64,000 nucleotides of DNA, from the NCBI GenBank assembly GCA_022821845.1, contig JAJECT010000009.1, positions 10,899-74,898 of the forward strand, read 5' to 3'. Positions 21,758-32,662 of the stretch are shown piece by piece. This DNA comes from Rhodothermales bacterium (GTDB lineage Bacteria; Bacteroidota; Rhodothermia; Rhodothermales; VXPQ01). Numbering within the stretch: position 1 is the first letter of the stretch; every line of letters starts with the position of its first letter. Made by a program: the position numbers and the translations under genes. The notes under the pieces are model-generated. The model did no database searches. It was not told the origin of the DNA and worked only from the letters and a program-made list of their open reading frames with translations.

Positions 21758-23341
21758 TTACATGAAGGTGGGGCGTTTTTCTTCTTCCACCGATTCGGGA
21801 TAATCAAGGGTATAGTGCAGGCCCCGGCTTTCGCGTCGCATTTGCGCGCTTCGGATAATCAGATAGGCTACCGCAATCATATTGCGCAATTCGCACAATT
21901 CGACGGATACGCGCGTCCGACGGTAGAAGCCCTCGGTTTCCTCGTACAAAAGCCGGGTCCGCCGAAACGCGCGGTCAAGTCGCAGGCTGGAACGCACCAC
22001 GCCTACGTAATCCCACATCACGCGGCGCAATTCGTCCCGATTGTGCGAAACGAGCACCCATTCCTGCGGACGCTCGGCGCCGCTGGCGTCCCATTCCGGA
22101 ATGTCGTCCCGGAACGACTGGTCGCGCGCGTATTCGATGGCGGCGCGGGTCGCCCGTTCGCTGAACACGAGCGCTTCGAGCATCGAATTGCTTGCGAGGC
22201 GGTTGGCGCCGTGCAGTCCCGTGTACGCCACTTCCCCGCAAGCGAAGAGGCCGCCGATGGAGGTCCGCCCCGCATGGTCGGTAAGCACGCCGCCGCATTG
22301 GTAATGCGCCGCCGGAACGACCGGAACCGGCTGCCGGGTCATATCGATCCCGAACTTGAGGCACGTGGCGTGGATGTACGGGAATCGCTCCCGGATCATG
22401 TCCGCGGGCCGGTGGGAAATGTCCAGCAGCACATGGTTGTCGCCATGCTTTTTGAGTTGATCGTCGATGGCGCGGGCGACGATATCGCGCGGAGCCAGTT
22501 CCTGGCGCGCGTCGTAGGCGGGCATGAACCGTTCGCCTTTCATGTTGTACAGCCGCCCGCCTTCCCCGCGCACCGCTTCCGAAACGAGAAAGGAATCCGC
22601 CTGGTGGCCGTAGAGGGACGTGGGATGGAATTGCACGAACTCCATGTTGGCGATGCGCGCCTTGGCCCGGTACGCCATTGCCACGCCGTCCCCTGTCGCT
22701 ACGTCGGGATTGGTGGTGTGCAGATAAATTTCGCCCGAACCACCCGTCGCCAGCAGGGTCGATTTGGCAAGAAACGCCTCGACGCAGTCTGCCCTGGAAT
22801 CGTATACGTAGGCCCCGAAGCAGCGAATGTCTGGCCGCAGCTTCGTGACATGCTGCCCCAAATGATGTTCGGTAATCAGTTCGACGGCGAAGTGGTATTC
22901 ATAGGTAGCGATATGAGGATGGCTTCGGACCGAAGCAAGCAACGCGCGCTCTACTTCCCGTCCGGTGGCGTCCGCCGCATGCACAATCCGGTCCGCGGAG
23001 TGTCCGCCCTCCCGCCCCAGATGCAAGGCTTTGCCCCGCCGCGTAAAATCGGCCCCCAGCGCCATCAGTTCGCGCACCCGCTCCGGCCCCTCTTCGATCA
23101 CGAACCGCACGACCTCGGGGTCGCACAGCGCTGCGCCGGCCGCTACGGTATCCTCGATATGGCTTGCGTACGAATCCGGCGAACCCATGACCGCGGCGAT
23201 TCCACCCTGCGCGTAATTGGTGTTCGATTCGGCGGTTTCTTTTTTGGTCACGACCGCCACGGAACCGCGCTCGGCCGCCTTCAGCGCATACGAAAGCCCC
23301 GCTATGCCGCTCCCGATGACAAGAAAGTCCGTTTTGACCAT
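21758..23341 (-). CDS. nadB: L-aspartate oxidase
   Basis: IGSGIAGL FAD motif, SNTNYAQGGIA, EGGHS..RIVH, EFVQFHPT, SEAVRGEG, LAPRDIVARAI, HGANRLASNS. Confidence 0.96.
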   Translation of the reverse strand: MVKTDFLVIGSGIAGLSYALKAAERGSVAVVTKKETAESNTNYAQGGIAAVMGSPDSYASHIEDTVAAGAALCDPEVVRFVIEEGPERVRELMALGADFTRRGKALHLGREGGHSADRIVHAADATGREVERALLASVRSHPHIATYEYHFAVELITEHHLGQHVTKLRPDIRCFGAYVYDSRADCVEAFLAKSTLLATGGSGEIYLHTTNPDVATGDGVAMAYRAKARIANMEFVQFHPTSLYGHQADSFLVSEAVRGEGGRLYNMKGERFMPAYDARQELAPRDIVARAIDDQLKKHGDNHVLLDISHRPADMIRERFPYIHATCLKFGIDMTRQPVPVVPAAHYQCGGVLTDHAGRTSIGGLFACGEVAYTGLHGANRLASNSMLEALVFSERATRAAIEYARDQSFRDDIPEWDASGAERPQEWVLVSHNRDELRRVMWDYVGVVRSSLRLDRAFRRTRLLYEETEGFYRRTRVSVELCELRNMIAVAYLIIRSAQMRRESRGLHYTLDYPESVEEEKRPTFM

Positions 23342-23345
23342 GCCG

Positions 23346-24465
23346 CTATGCGTCCGTTCGCTGCATTAAAAACGCCTTGACGAACGGCTCGATATCTCCG
23401 TTCATAACCGCTTGCACGTCTGTCAACTTGGTGTCCGTGCGGTGGTCGTTCACCATCGTGTAGGGCTGAAATACGTAGGACCGAATCTGGCTTCCCCATT
23501 CGATCTTCTTTTTTGATCCTTCGAGCCGGTTCTTTTCCGCTTCCTTAATGTCTTGCTCCAGGCGGTAGACGCGGCTTTTGAGCATCGTTTCGGCGCGGTC
23601 CCGGTTCTGGAGCTGGCTGCGCTCTTCGGTGCATTCCGCCACGACCCGCGCCGCTTCGCCGTTCGACAATTTTCCGCTCCAGATCAGCCGTACGCCGGTT
23701 TCTACCTTGTTTACGTTTTGACCGCCCTTGCCCCCGGAACGAAACGTCTGAAGTTCCACGTCGTCCGGGTTCAGCGCGATTTCTATGGCGTCGTCGATCT
23801 CCGGATACGCGAAGACGCTGGCGAACGACGTGTGTCGCCTGCCGCTGGAATCGAACGGCGATATGCGCACGAGGCGATGTACGCCCGTTTCGGACTTCAG
23901 GTAGCCATAGGCGTACGGCCCCGTCACGCGAATGCTGGCGCTTTTTACGCCCGCCACGTCCCCCGCCTGACGCTCCACCAGTTCGGCCTTGTAGCCGTTT
24001 CGCTCGGCCCAGCGGGTGTACATTCGCAACAGCATTTCCGCCCAGTCCTGGCTTTCCGTGCCGCCCGCGCCGGGGTGGATCGTGAGGATGGCCGGGCGCT
24101 CGTCGTCCGGCTCGCCCAGCATATTTTTGAATTCCAGGGCTTCGAGCGCTTTTTCCATGCGGGCGGTTTCCGCCTGGATTTCGTCCGAAAGGTCGGCGTC
24201 CCGCTCCTCTTCGGCAAGCAGCAGGAGCGTTTCTACGTCTTCCGCTTGCGCCGACAGCCCCTCCCATGCTTCGATCCACGCCTGCTCGGCGGCGAGCTGC
24301 TTTTCGACCTTGCGCGCTTCGTCCGCATGGCTCCAGAAATCCGGATCCATCCGTTTCCGGTTCAGCCCCTCGACGATATTTCTGCGGCGATCGACGTCAA
24401 AGATAACCTCCGAGCACGCGTACGCGCTCCAGAAGCGATTGAATATGATCTTCGGAAAAAGCCAT
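23346..24465 (-). CDS. prfB: Peptide chain release factor 2 (programmed +1 frameshift)
   Basis: Frame 0 from ATG 24465 reads MAFSEDHIQSLLERVRVLGGYL then TGA; the +1 frame continues DVDRRRNIVEGLNRKRMDPDFW into the tracked ORF carrying the SPF and GGQ motifs. Confidence 0.96.
24396..24411 (-). promoter_or_regulatory. prfB +1 ribosomal frameshift signal
   Basis: Minus strand GGAGGT-TAT-CTT-TGA-C: internal Shine-Dalgarno plus the canonical CTT TGA C shift site. Confidence 0.95.
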
Positions 24466-24666
24466 GCGGATACCGTTCAGGCGCGTAGAGGATACATGGC
24501 CGGGCAAGGCATTTCGCCCGGCGCTACGCTCGTACGACGACGCGCGCCCATCGTTTCCCGACCGCGACGCCGAAGAAATTTTTCACAAGGATGCGCGCTC
24601 CAGTCCGCTATGCCCGAAAATGCGGCCTGGAAGATTATCGTCAAATAATAATTGACCTAAAAGCAA

Positions 24667-25851
24667 TTATTTATTGATTTTTCGGCAGCGGGCGACGAAT
24701 CGGGTTATGCGCCGTACGGCCTCTTCCAGCTGCTCCATGGAGGTAGCGTACGAACAACGCACGTAGCCTGCGCCGCTCGGCCCGAAGGCGTCTCCCGGCA
24801 CGCAAGCCACCTGCTCTTCCTCCAGCAACCGTTCTGCGAACGCCTCCGAGGACAACCCGGTGGAGGTAATGTCGGGAAAGCAATAGAACGCGCCCTCCGG
24901 TTCGAAAGTGGGCAATCCGGCGGCCCGCAATCCGTCCACGATAAAGCGCCGCCGCTGGTCGTAGGCGCGGCGCATGCGCTCCACGTCGTCGTCGCAGGCT
25001 TCCAGCGCGGCCACGGCGGCCACCTGCCCCATCGTGGACGAGCACATCACTGCATACTGGTGCATCTTGTACATGGCGTCGCTGATGGCCTCTGGCGCGC
25101 AGACATACCCTACGCGCCAGCCGGTCATGGCGTGGTTTTTGGAAAATCCTCCTGTCAGGATCGCGCGTTCGTAAAGTCCGCCGAGGGACGGCAAGCTCAC
25201 ATGCCCTTCTTCTGCCGCCTGTCCGTAAATCAGCCGGTCGTATATCTCGTCGGACAGGACAAGCAAATCGTTGTCGATGGCCACGCGGGCAATATCCTCC
25301 AGCGTGTCGCGCCGAAGCACCGCGCCGGTGGGATTGTTCGGATACCCGAGGAACAGTACTTTGGAACGCGGGGTGACGCGGGCGGCGATATCTTGCGCCG
25401 TGACCTGGAAACCGGTTTCCACCCTCGTAGGTATGTACGTTACCTTCGCGCCGGCGAACTCGGCAAGCGGGCCGTACGAAACGAAACAGGGTTCGGGGAT
25501 AAGCACCTCGTCCCCGGGATCGACGGTCGCGAGCAGGGCGATGAGCATGGCCTCGCTTCCTCCTACCGTGACGACGATCTGGTTTTCCGGAGCGTAGGCA
25601 ATGCCGTAGCGGCGCGCCAGGCTTTCCGAAATCAATTGGCGCAGGCGCAGCAAACCCGCATTGGAGGTGTAACTGGTATGGCCCTTGCGCAGCGAAGCGA
25701 TGGCCGCGTCGACGACCGGCTTCGGCGATACGAAATCCGGCTCGCCGATCCCCAGAGAGATCACATTATCCATGGTGGCGGCGATCTCGAAGAATCGACG
25801 AATTCCGCTGGGCTTCGTATTGTTCGCTCTGGTGCTGATATGCTTGCTCAT
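24667..25851 (-). CDS. PLP-dependent aminotransferase class I/II
   Basis: ISLGIGEPDF, YPNNPTGAV, SDEIY, GFSKNHAMTGWRVG (PLP lysine). Start set at MSKHIS. Confidence 0.92.
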   Translation of the reverse strand: MSKHISTRANNTKPSGIRRFFEIAATMDNVISLGIGEPDFVSPKPVVDAAIASLRKGHTSYTSNAGLLRLRQLISESLARRYGIAYAPENQIVVTVGGSEAMLIALLATVDPGDEVLIPEPCFVSYGPLAEFAGAKVTYIPTRVETGFQVTAQDIAARVTPRSKVLFLGYPNNPTGAVLRRDTLEDIARVAIDNDLLVLSDEIYDRLIYGQAAEEGHVSLPSLGGLYERAILTGGFSKNHAMTGWRVGYVCAPEAISDAMYKMHQYAVMCSSTMGQVAAVAALEACDDDVERMRRAYDQRRRFIVDGLRAAGLPTFEPEGAFYCFPDITSTGLSSEAFAERLLEEEQVACVPGDAFGPSGAGYVRCSYATSMEQLEEAVRRITRFVARCRKINK

Positions 25852-26002
25852 TGCGTTGGCGCGAGGCGTCGATACCGTTTCGGACAGGCCGCAAAACGGG
25901 ATGTATAAAAAACGGATTACAAAAATCGGATCCGGGGGGCATGAAAGATAGTACGGAATTCGCACACAGTAACAGTAAATCCATGAACCAAACAAGAAGA
26001 CG

Positions 26003-27493
26003 ATGCCTGACGCTTTTCAGAATTTCGTGAACGGATCCTGGGTAGACGCGGAACAGGGCGCTACCTTCGAGAAGGTCAATCCGGCGCGTACGCGGGAAAA
26101 GATCGGTCTTTTTCCCGAATCCGGCCCCGCGGACGTCAATGCTGCCGTGCGGGCGGCGCGCAAGGCCTTTCCTGGCTGGTCCCGTACGCCGGCCCCGCAG
26201 CGAGGGGAAATCCTCCGACGCATCGGGGATTTATTGACAGAACGCAAGAAAGCGCTCGCGTTCGAGGAAACCCGCGAAATGGGCAAGCCCTTCGCCGAAA
26301 CCTGCGGGGACGTGCAGGAGGCCATCGACACCGCGTATTACGCGGCCTCGGAAACGCGGCGGTTGTTCGGGCGCACGGTTCCCAGCGAATTGCCGGATAA
26401 ATTCAATATGAGCGTCCGGCGGCCCATAGGCGTGGCGGGCCTGATTACCGCATGGAATTTCCCGATCGCCGTGCCCACCTGGAAAATATTTCCGGCGCTG
26501 GCCTGCGGCAACGCCATCGTTTTCAAACCCAGCGAAGAGGCGCCGCACAGCGGGGCGCTGCTTACGCAATTGCTTTCGGACGCAGGCGTGCCCCCCGGCG
26601 TGTTCAATCTGGTGCATGGAGGGGCCGCGGCGGGCGAAGCGCTGGTCGCGCATCCGGACGTAGATGCCGTGTCGTTTACCGGCTCGAATGCGGCGGGCTC
26701 GAAAATCGGAGAGACCTGCGGCAGGATGCACAAACGCCTCGCGCTTGAAATGGGCGGAAAGAACGCGCAAATCGTGATGGCGGACGCGGACCTGGACCTG
26801 GCGCTCGAAGGCGTATTGTGGGGCGCGTTCGGAACCACCGGGCAGCGCTGCACGGCCACGAGTCGCCTGGTGTTGCACGAAGCCATTCACGATGCGTTTG
26901 TCGAGCGGTTGCTGGAGCAGATGCAAACGCTGGTCCTTGGATACGGCAACGACGAGGGCGTGCATGTCGGGCCGCTGGTTAACCAGAAGGCGCTGGACAA
27001 GGTGGCTCGCTATGTCGAGGTCGGGCAGAGCGAAGGGGCTACCCTGCGGGTCGGGGGAAAGCGGGCGACGGAAGGGGCGCTTGCCGAGGGCTTTTTCTTC
27101 GAGCCTACCCTCTTCGCCGACGTCGCGCCGGACATGCGCATTGCCCGCGAGGAAATTTTCGGCCCGGTGCTTTCGGTGCTCAAGGCCGCGTCCTACGAAG
27201 AAGCCGCGCGGATTGCGAACGCGACGCGCTACGGCCTCTCCTCCAGTATCTATACGCAGGACGTGTCCCTGGCGTATCGCGCCATGCGGGACCTGGAGGC
27301 GGGCATTACGTACGTCAACGGTCCGACCATCGGCGCCGAGGCGCACATGCCTTTCGGAGGGATCAAACACACCGGCAACGGCCACCGGGACGGCGGCTGG
27401 GAAGTATTCGATTTCTATACGGAAACGAAAACCGTTTACGTGGATTACAGCGGGCAGTTGCAGAAAGCGCAAATGGACAACGCGGCTTCGTAA
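26003..27493 (+). CDS. Aldehyde dehydrogenase family protein
   Basis: ITAWNFP, FKPSE, FTGS, LEMGGKN, GQRCTA (catalytic Cys), EEIFGPV, PFGG. Substrate not determinable. Confidence 0.93.
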   Translation: MPDAFQNFVNGSWVDAEQGATFEKVNPARTREKIGLFPESGPADVNAAVRAARKAFPGWSRTPAPQRGEILRRIGDLLTERKKALAFEETREMGKPFAETCGDVQEAIDTAYYAASETRRLFGRTVPSELPDKFNMSVRRPIGVAGLITAWNFPIAVPTWKIFPALACGNAIVFKPSEEAPHSGALLTQLLSDAGVPPGVFNLVHGGAAAGEALVAHPDVDAVSFTGSNAAGSKIGETCGRMHKRLALEMGGKNAQIVMADADLDLALEGVLWGAFGTTGQRCTATSRLVLHEAIHDAFVERLLEQMQTLVLGYGNDEGVHVGPLVNQKALDKVARYVEVGQSEGATLRVGGKRATEGALAEGFFFEPTLFADVAPDMRIAREEIFGPVLSVLKAASYEEAARIANATRYGLSSSIYTQDVSLAYRAMRDLEAGITYVNGPTIGAEAHMPFGGIKHTGNGHRDGGWEVFDFYTETKTVYVDYSGQLQKAQMDNAAS

Positions 27494-27518
27494 AGGCGCC
27501 GGGACGTCAGGGTGAGCA

Positions 27519-27629
27519 GGGGTCTTGCGGCCCGCCTTTGCACGAATACATAAAGGGTAGGTAGGCTCATGGGTTGGCATGCGTATTTCGGGGCCCGATG
27601 TTTCGTGCAAAGGCGGGCCCCAAGACCCC
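27519..27629. repeat. 111-bp long-hairpin element (family A), copy 2
   Basis: Arms GGGGTCTTGCGGCCCGCCTTTGCACGAA and TTCGTGCAAAGGCGGGCCCCAAGACCCC (27/28 complementary); sits between convergent genes; homologous to 3856-3962. Confidence 0.85.
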
Positions 27630-27646
27630 AAAGACCGCTCCTTCAA

Positions 27647-28663
27647 TTATTTCCTTTCTTCCCTTTCTTCCCTTTCCTCCCTTTCCAGAAACGTCTTTAG
27701 CACAAGATCTGCGGCGGCGGCCACGGCTATTTCTCGGCGGGCGGCCCGCTCTTCGTATTCTTCCAGCAAGCGATGGACGCTTGCGTCGGCGCGCGCCGTT
27801 TCGAGGAGGCGGGCTTCGAGCGTTTCGCGCAGCCAGCAGCCGATCTGCTTGCGTCGCCGCCGGGCAAGGTGCTCCGACGATTTCACCAGGCGTTCGTACT
27901 CCCGCATATCTTTGCGGATCATATCCAGGCCGGATTCTTTCTGGGCGGAACAGGTGTGCACGGTCGGGGTCCAGCCGGATTCCTTGGGCGGAAAAAGCCT
28001 TAGCGCCGCTTTCATGCGCCGGGCGTCCAGGCGTATCGCTTTCGGCGTATGCGCGTCCTCCTTGGTGAAAACCACGATGTCCGCCTCCTCCATGACGCCG
28101 CGCTTCACTCCTTGCAGTTCGTCCCCCGATCCAGGCAACGTCAGGAGCATCAGAAGATCCACCATGTCGCTAACCGTCGTTTCCGCCTGCCCGGAGCCTA
28201 CCGTTTCGACGAATACCGTATCGTACCCGGCTGCTTCGCACAGGATAATGCTTTGGCGCGTTCCGTCCCCAATCCCTCCTGCTCGCCGCTTGCCGGGCGC
28301 AGGCCGCACGAAGGCGTTCGGGTGCGTGGCCAGGCGCGTCATGCGCGTCTTGTCTCCAAGAATGCTGCCTCCGGTGCGTTCGCTCGCCGGATCGTAGGCC
28401 AGCACCGCCACGCGACGATTTTCGTGCATGGCCAGCCGGACGCCAAGGGATTCGATGAACGTGCTTTTTCCCACGCCGGGCGCTCCAGTGATTCCAATGC
28501 GGATGGCCGTCCCCGACAAGGGCAGGCAGGCGTCCAGCAGGGCCTTTGCGCATTCGCGGTGGTCGGGGTGAGCGCTTTCCATGAGGGTAATGCTCCGCGC
28601 CAGCAGGACGCGGTCCCCGTTCCGGACGCCTTCGAACAGTTCCTCTACAGGGGGAAACGTCAT
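27647..28663 (-). CDS. meaB: Methylmalonyl-CoA mutase-associated GTPase
   Basis: [24 protein letters not shown]....[28 protein letters not shown]; overlaps the mutase stop. Confidence 0.95.
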   Translation of the reverse strand: MTFPPVEELFEGVRNGDRVLLARSITLMESAHPDHRECAKALLDACLPLSGTAIRIGITGAPGVGKSTFIESLGVRLAMHENRRVAVLAYDPASERTGGSILGDKTRMTRLATHPNAFVRPAPGKRRAGGIGDGTRQSIILCEAAGYDTVFVETVGSGQAETTVSDMVDLLMLLTLPGSGDELQGVKRGVMEEADIVVFTKEDAHTPKAIRLDARRMKAALRLFPPKESGWTPTVHTCSAQKESGLDMIRKDMREYERLVKSSEHLARRRRKQIGCWLRETLEARLLETARADASVHRLLEEYEERAARREIAVAAAADLVLKTFLEREEREEREERK

Positions 28664-31600
28664 GCCGCGCCGCCCTCCTCGATCATCCCGAGAAGAATCC
28701 GGGACGCCGCGTCGGTTACCGGGGTGCCGGGACCGAAAATTTCCGACACGCCCGCCGCGCGCAGAAACGCATAGTCCTTTCGGGGAATCACCCCGCCGAC
28801 CACCACGCGAATATCCTCGCGGCCCATTTTCCGCAGCGCGGCGAGTACTTCAGGCAAAAAGGCCTTGTGCCCGCCGGCAAGCGTGGACACGCCGAGAATA
28901 TGCACGTCGTTTTCGACGGCCTGCAAGGCGACCTCGCCGGGCGTCTGGAATAAGGGTCCGATATCTACGTCGAACCCCATGTCCGCAAAGGCGGTCGCAA
29001 TCACTTTTGCGCCCCGGTCGTGTCCGTCCTGTCCGATTTTCGCCACGAGGATGCGTGGCCGTCGGCCCGCCCGGTCGGCGAAAACGCTCGCAAGCCGCAG
29101 GATTTCTTCCGGCTTTTCTCCGGATGCGCGGGCGCGGACATACGCTCCCCCGGCCATGTTGCGGCGAGCGCGATGTCTTCCGAATTCTTTTTCCATAGCG
29201 ATGGATATTTCGCCGAGGGTAGCCCGCCGCCGGGCAGCCTCCACGGCGCAGGCCAGCAGGTTGCCCTCTCCTGTGCGGGCGCAGGCGGTCAGCGCGGCAA
29301 GGGCCTGCTGCGCGGCTTCGTCGTCGCGGGACGCCCGAACCGCGCGAAGCCGCGCTATTTGCGCTTCGCGGACGGCGGCATGGTCTATTTCCAGTACGTC
29401 GATCGGCGCTTCCTGTGGCGGTTCGAACCGGTTGACGCCTACGATGGTCTCCTTTCCGGCGTCGATTCGCGCCTGCTTGCGGGCCGCGGCTTCTTCGATG
29501 CGGGCCATGGGAATGCCTGCTTCGATCGCCTCGGCCATGCCTCCGGCTTCTTCTATTTCTTCGATCAGCGCCCACGCGCGGCGCGCCAGCTGATCGGTCA
29601 GCGTTTCTACGTAATACGATCCGCCCATTGGATCGATGGCCTGCGCGATATCCGTTTCCTTCTGTAAATACGTTTGGGTATTGCGCGCAATCCGGGCGGA
29701 AGCCTCCGTAGGCAGCGCCATGGCTTCGTCGAGCGCGTTCGTATGCAGCGACTGGGTATGTCCCAGCGCGGCGGACAAGGCTTCGAGGCAAGTGCGGGCC
29801 ACGTTATTGTACGGATCCTGTTCGGTGAGGCTCCAGCCCGAAGTCTGGCAGTGCGCCCGCAGCGCCATGGATTTCGGGTTTCGAGGGGAAAAGCGCCGGA
29901 CGATCTTCGCCCACAGCAGCCGCCCGGCCCGCAATTTGGCGATTTCCATAAAGTGATGCATCCCGATCCCCCAGAAAAAAGAAATGCGGGGGGCGAAATC
30001 GTCGATTTGCAACCCTGCCTTGAGGCCCGTACGGAGATATTCGAGTCCGTCGGCAAGCGTATAGGCCAGTTCGAGGTCTGCCGTGGCGCCTGCTTCCTGC
30101 ATATGGTAGCCGCTGACCGAAATGGCGTTGAATCGGGGCATGCGCTCGGCGGCGTACCGGAATATGTCCGCCACGATGCGCATGGACGGGCCGGGAGGAT
30201 AGATGTACGTATTGCGCACCATGAACTCTTTCAGAATATCGTTCTGAATGGTGCCGGCAAGCGTTGCGGCGGGCGCGCCCTGCTCTTCCGCGGCCACGAT
30301 ATAAAAAGCCATGACGGGCAAGACGGCCCCGTTCATGGTCATGGAGACGGACATGCGGTCCAGGGGAATGCCCTCGAACAAGCGCTTCATATCCTCTACC
30401 GTATCGACTGCGACGCCCGCCTTGCCGACGTCTCCCGCCACCCGCTCGTGATCGGAATCGTAGCCCCGGTGCGTGGGCAGGTCGAACGCGACGGAAAGGC
30501 CCTTTTGCCCGTCGGCCAGCGCCCCGCGATAAAAAGCGTTCGATTCCTCGGCGGTCGAAAAACCCGCGTATTGCCGGATGGTCCAGGGGCGGACAAGGTA
30601 CATTCCTGCGTACGGGCCCCGCAAAAACGGGGGGACGCCCGCGGCGTACTCGAGGTGGCGGAGCTCCTTGCGCGCTTCGGGACCGTACGCCGGACGTTCT
30701 TCGACGCCTTCGATCTCGCGCCATGGCTTGCCGCTTCGGGCGGGCAAGAGCGACGGCGGACGGTACGCCGCCGGAAAATCCGGGCAGGGCGCAGGCTCCG
30801 TTTCGCGGGAGATCATACGCCGAAACGCTTCCCATGCCGCTTGCGCAATGCGGTCCGTAAGGACCTCTATGGCGTAACTGCCTGCGGCGGGATCGTTCAC
30901 CTTGCCGAGGCGGGCTTCGTGGCGAAGAATATGCTGAAGGTTCCGGGCCAGGCGCAACGCGCCGTCCGACGCCCCCCCGTCCGCCGCGTCGTACGGATGC
31001 ACCGTCAGCGCGTCGCACGTTCCGACCACGGCGGCAACCGATTGCACGGCGGCCCGCAGCAGGTTGGCGTACGGATCGCCGGCCGGCGGCGCTTCGCAAG
31101 CGGCGACGGCGCGCAGCTGGGCGGTTTCGCTCCGCGCCGGGTCGAACGCGCGCGCTACCTGTGGGATAAGCAACCGCAACGCCCGGAGCCGGGCGATTTC
31201 CGTTAAAAAGGACGAACGCGTCCGAACCGAAACGTACAGCGAGGCCAGTACTTGCTCTGGCGCGCATCCCTGGTCGGCAAGGCCCGCAAGGTAGCCGGCC
31301 GTCGCAACGAGAATGCGGGCGGTTTCCTCGATAAGGCCGTTTCCCTGGCGCGGTTCGGCGGCGGCGCGTAAAAACCGGGGCAGCCTGTCGGCGCTGTCGC
31401 TTTGGCGCGTCGCATTGCGCAGGAAGCGGGCGGCGCGATCCGCCCAGCCGTCCGGGAGATGGCCTGTGCGGGCGCGCCATGCGAACGGATCGAACGCCGC
31501 AGAGCACGAGGCGGCGCCCGCCGGGGGGCGCGGGGCGAGGGCAAGCCATTCTTCCAGCAGCGCAAGGCTTCGTTCGCCCGCTTCGATATGGATCGCGGCG

Positions 31601-32028
31601 CCGGCGACGTTGAGGCCGTCCAGCAGGGCCGCGACGTCCGCGGCTTGCGCTGTCCGCGAGGCCGGAAAAGACAGGCCAATCTGCTCCACGCCGCCGCGCG
31701 CGGCGTCTTCGATGCGCCGCCGGGTTTCGTCAAAATCCCCGACGGGAATCTGCTGGCAAATCCGCCAGGAAGCCGGAATCGGCGCGACGCGCTGGTTGTC
31801 GGAATCCAGATGCGGAATCCCCGCAAGGTCTTCGGAGCGGCCCCAGGGCCGGATCGCAACCCCTTCGCACGGCGTCCATAAAGGCAATGCTTCGCCTTCC
31901 TGCCGGTTCAGCGCTTTTCGAATCAGCGCCTCCCAGGTTTCGGTAGAAACCGGAGGAAAAGCGTCGAAAAGCCCGCCCCGGTCGCCGTCGGGCGGCGGGT
32001 TCTTGTCTAACCTGTCCGTCTTATCCAT
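28660..32028 (-). CDS. Methylmalonyl-CoA mutase, fused small-subunit (MutA-like) + large-subunit (MutB) polypeptide
   Basis: First ~400 aa are small-subunit-like ([34 protein letters not shown]). The rest is a full catalytic subunit: [36 protein letters not shown]12-binding GQDGHDRG. Confidence 0.9.
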   Translation of the reverse strand: MDKTDRLDKNPPPDGDRGGLFDAFPPVSTETWEALIRKALNRQEGEALPLWTPCEGVAIRPWGRSEDLAGIPHLDSDNQRVAPIPASWRICQQIPVGDFDETRRRIEDAARGGVEQIGLSFPASRTAQAADVAALLDGLNVAGAAIHIEAGERSLALLEEWLALAPRPPAGAASCSAAFDPFAWRARTGHLPDGWADRAARFLRNATRQSDSADRLPRFLRAAAEPRQGNGLIEETARILVATAGYLAGLADQGCAPEQVLASLYVSVRTRSSFLTEIARLRALRLLIPQVARAFDPARSETAQLRAVAACEAPPAGDPYANLLRAAVQSVAAVVGTCDALTVHPYDAADGGASDGALRLARNLQHILRHEARLGKVNDPAAGSYAIEVLTDRIAQAAWEAFRRMISRETEPAPCPDFPAAYRPPSLLPARSGKPWREIEGVEERPAYGPEARKELRHLEYAAGVPPFLRGPYAGMYLVRPWTIRQYAGFSTAEESNAFYRGALADGQKGLSVAFDLPTHRGYDSDHERVAGDVGKAGVAVDTVEDMKRLFEGIPLDRMSVSMTMNGAVLPVMAFYIVAAEEQGAPAATLAGTIQNDILKEFMVRNTYIYPPGPSMRIVADIFRYAAERMPRFNAISVSGYHMQEAGATADLELAYTLADGLEYLRTGLKAGLQIDDFAPRISFFWGIGMHHFMEIAKLRAGRLLWAKIVRRFSPRNPKSMALRAHCQTSGWSLTEQDPYNNVARTCLEALSAALGHTQSLHTNALDEAMALPTEASARIARNTQTYLQKETDIAQAIDPMGGSYYVETLTDQLARRAWALIEEIEEAGGMAEAIEAGIPMARIEEAAARKQARIDAGKETIVGVNRFEPPQEAPIDVLEIDHAAVREAQIARLRAVRASRDDEAAQQALAALTACARTGEGNLLACAVEAARRRATLGEISIAMEKEFGRHRARRNMAGGAYVRARASGEKPEEILRLASVFADRAGRRPRILVAKIGQDGHDRGAKVIATAFADMGFDVDIGPLFQTPGEVALQAVENDVHILGVSTLAGGHKAFLPEVLAALRKMGREDIRVVVGGVIPRKDYAFLRAAGVSEIFGPGTPVTDAASRILLGMIEEGGAA

Positions 32029-32593
32029 GGGGCGTTTCCTTGCTATCGCGGCCCTCTGGCGCCGCGCTCCGCCGATACGCGCGGACAATGTCGAATATAG
32101 CGATGCCGTACGCCACGGCTACGTTCAGCGACTGCTTGGCTCCGAATTGCGGTATTTCGAACGCCACGTCTGCTTCGGCCACCAGGGAATCGCGGACGCC
32201 GTGCAATTCGTTGCCTACGATAAGGCAAAGCGGGAAAAAAGATTCCGCGACGTCCGTTGTGTGCGTGGGGCAGTCTGTTATTTCCAGTACGCCGATGGTA
32301 TAGCCCTTGCGTTTGAGCGCTTGCGCCACAGGAAGCGGATCCGCCTGGTATTCCCATCGAACCGTATCTTGCGCTCCAAGGGCCGTTTTGTGCAATTTCC
32401 TGTTCGCCGGCGTTCCGGTAATGCCCGTCAAATACAATTTTTCGACGAGCGCGGCATCCGACGCGCGGAACATCGCCCCGACATTGTAAATAGATCGTAC
32501 ATTGTCGAGCAGGACGGAAACCGGGTGTGGGGCCAGCGCGCGCGCCGTTGTCGGATCCGGACGGGGTATTTCTTCGTGTCTGAGTTTGCGCAT
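32021..32593 (-). CDS. TrmH/SpoU family RNA methyltransferase
   Basis: [39 protein letters not shown]. Confidence 0.92.
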   Translation of the reverse strand: MRKLRHEEIPRPDPTTARALAPHPVSVLLDNVRSIYNVGAMFRASDAALVEKLYLTGITGTPANRKLHKTALGAQDTVRWEYQADPLPVAQALKRKGYTIGVLEITDCPTHTTDVAESFFPLCLIVGNELHGVRDSLVAEADVAFEIPQFGAKQSLNVAVAYGIAIFDIVRAYRRSAAPEGRDSKETPHG

Positions 32594-32630
32594 GGACGCC
32601 TGCCTGCGCCGCGCGGACGCAATGGCGCAT

Positions 32631-32651
32631 GGATTGAATCAAAGTATCCTT
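32631..32651 (-). mobile_element. Isolated terminal inverted repeat remnant of MITE family B
   Basis: Minus strand AAGGATACTTTGATTCAATCC versus the left end AAGGATACTCTGATTAAATCC. Confidence 0.55.
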
Positions 32652-32662
32652 AGCAAAAGTAC

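Noticed and set aside
23346-24465. prfB as a frameshifted pseudogene
   Set aside because: The break is the canonical programmed CTT-TGA-C site with an upstream Shine-Dalgarno.
24667-27493. Divergent aminotransferase/aldehyde dehydrogenase pair as a dedicated catabolic module
   Set aside because: Both belong to broad families, no regulator or transporter is adjacent, and substrates cannot be inferred from the sequence.
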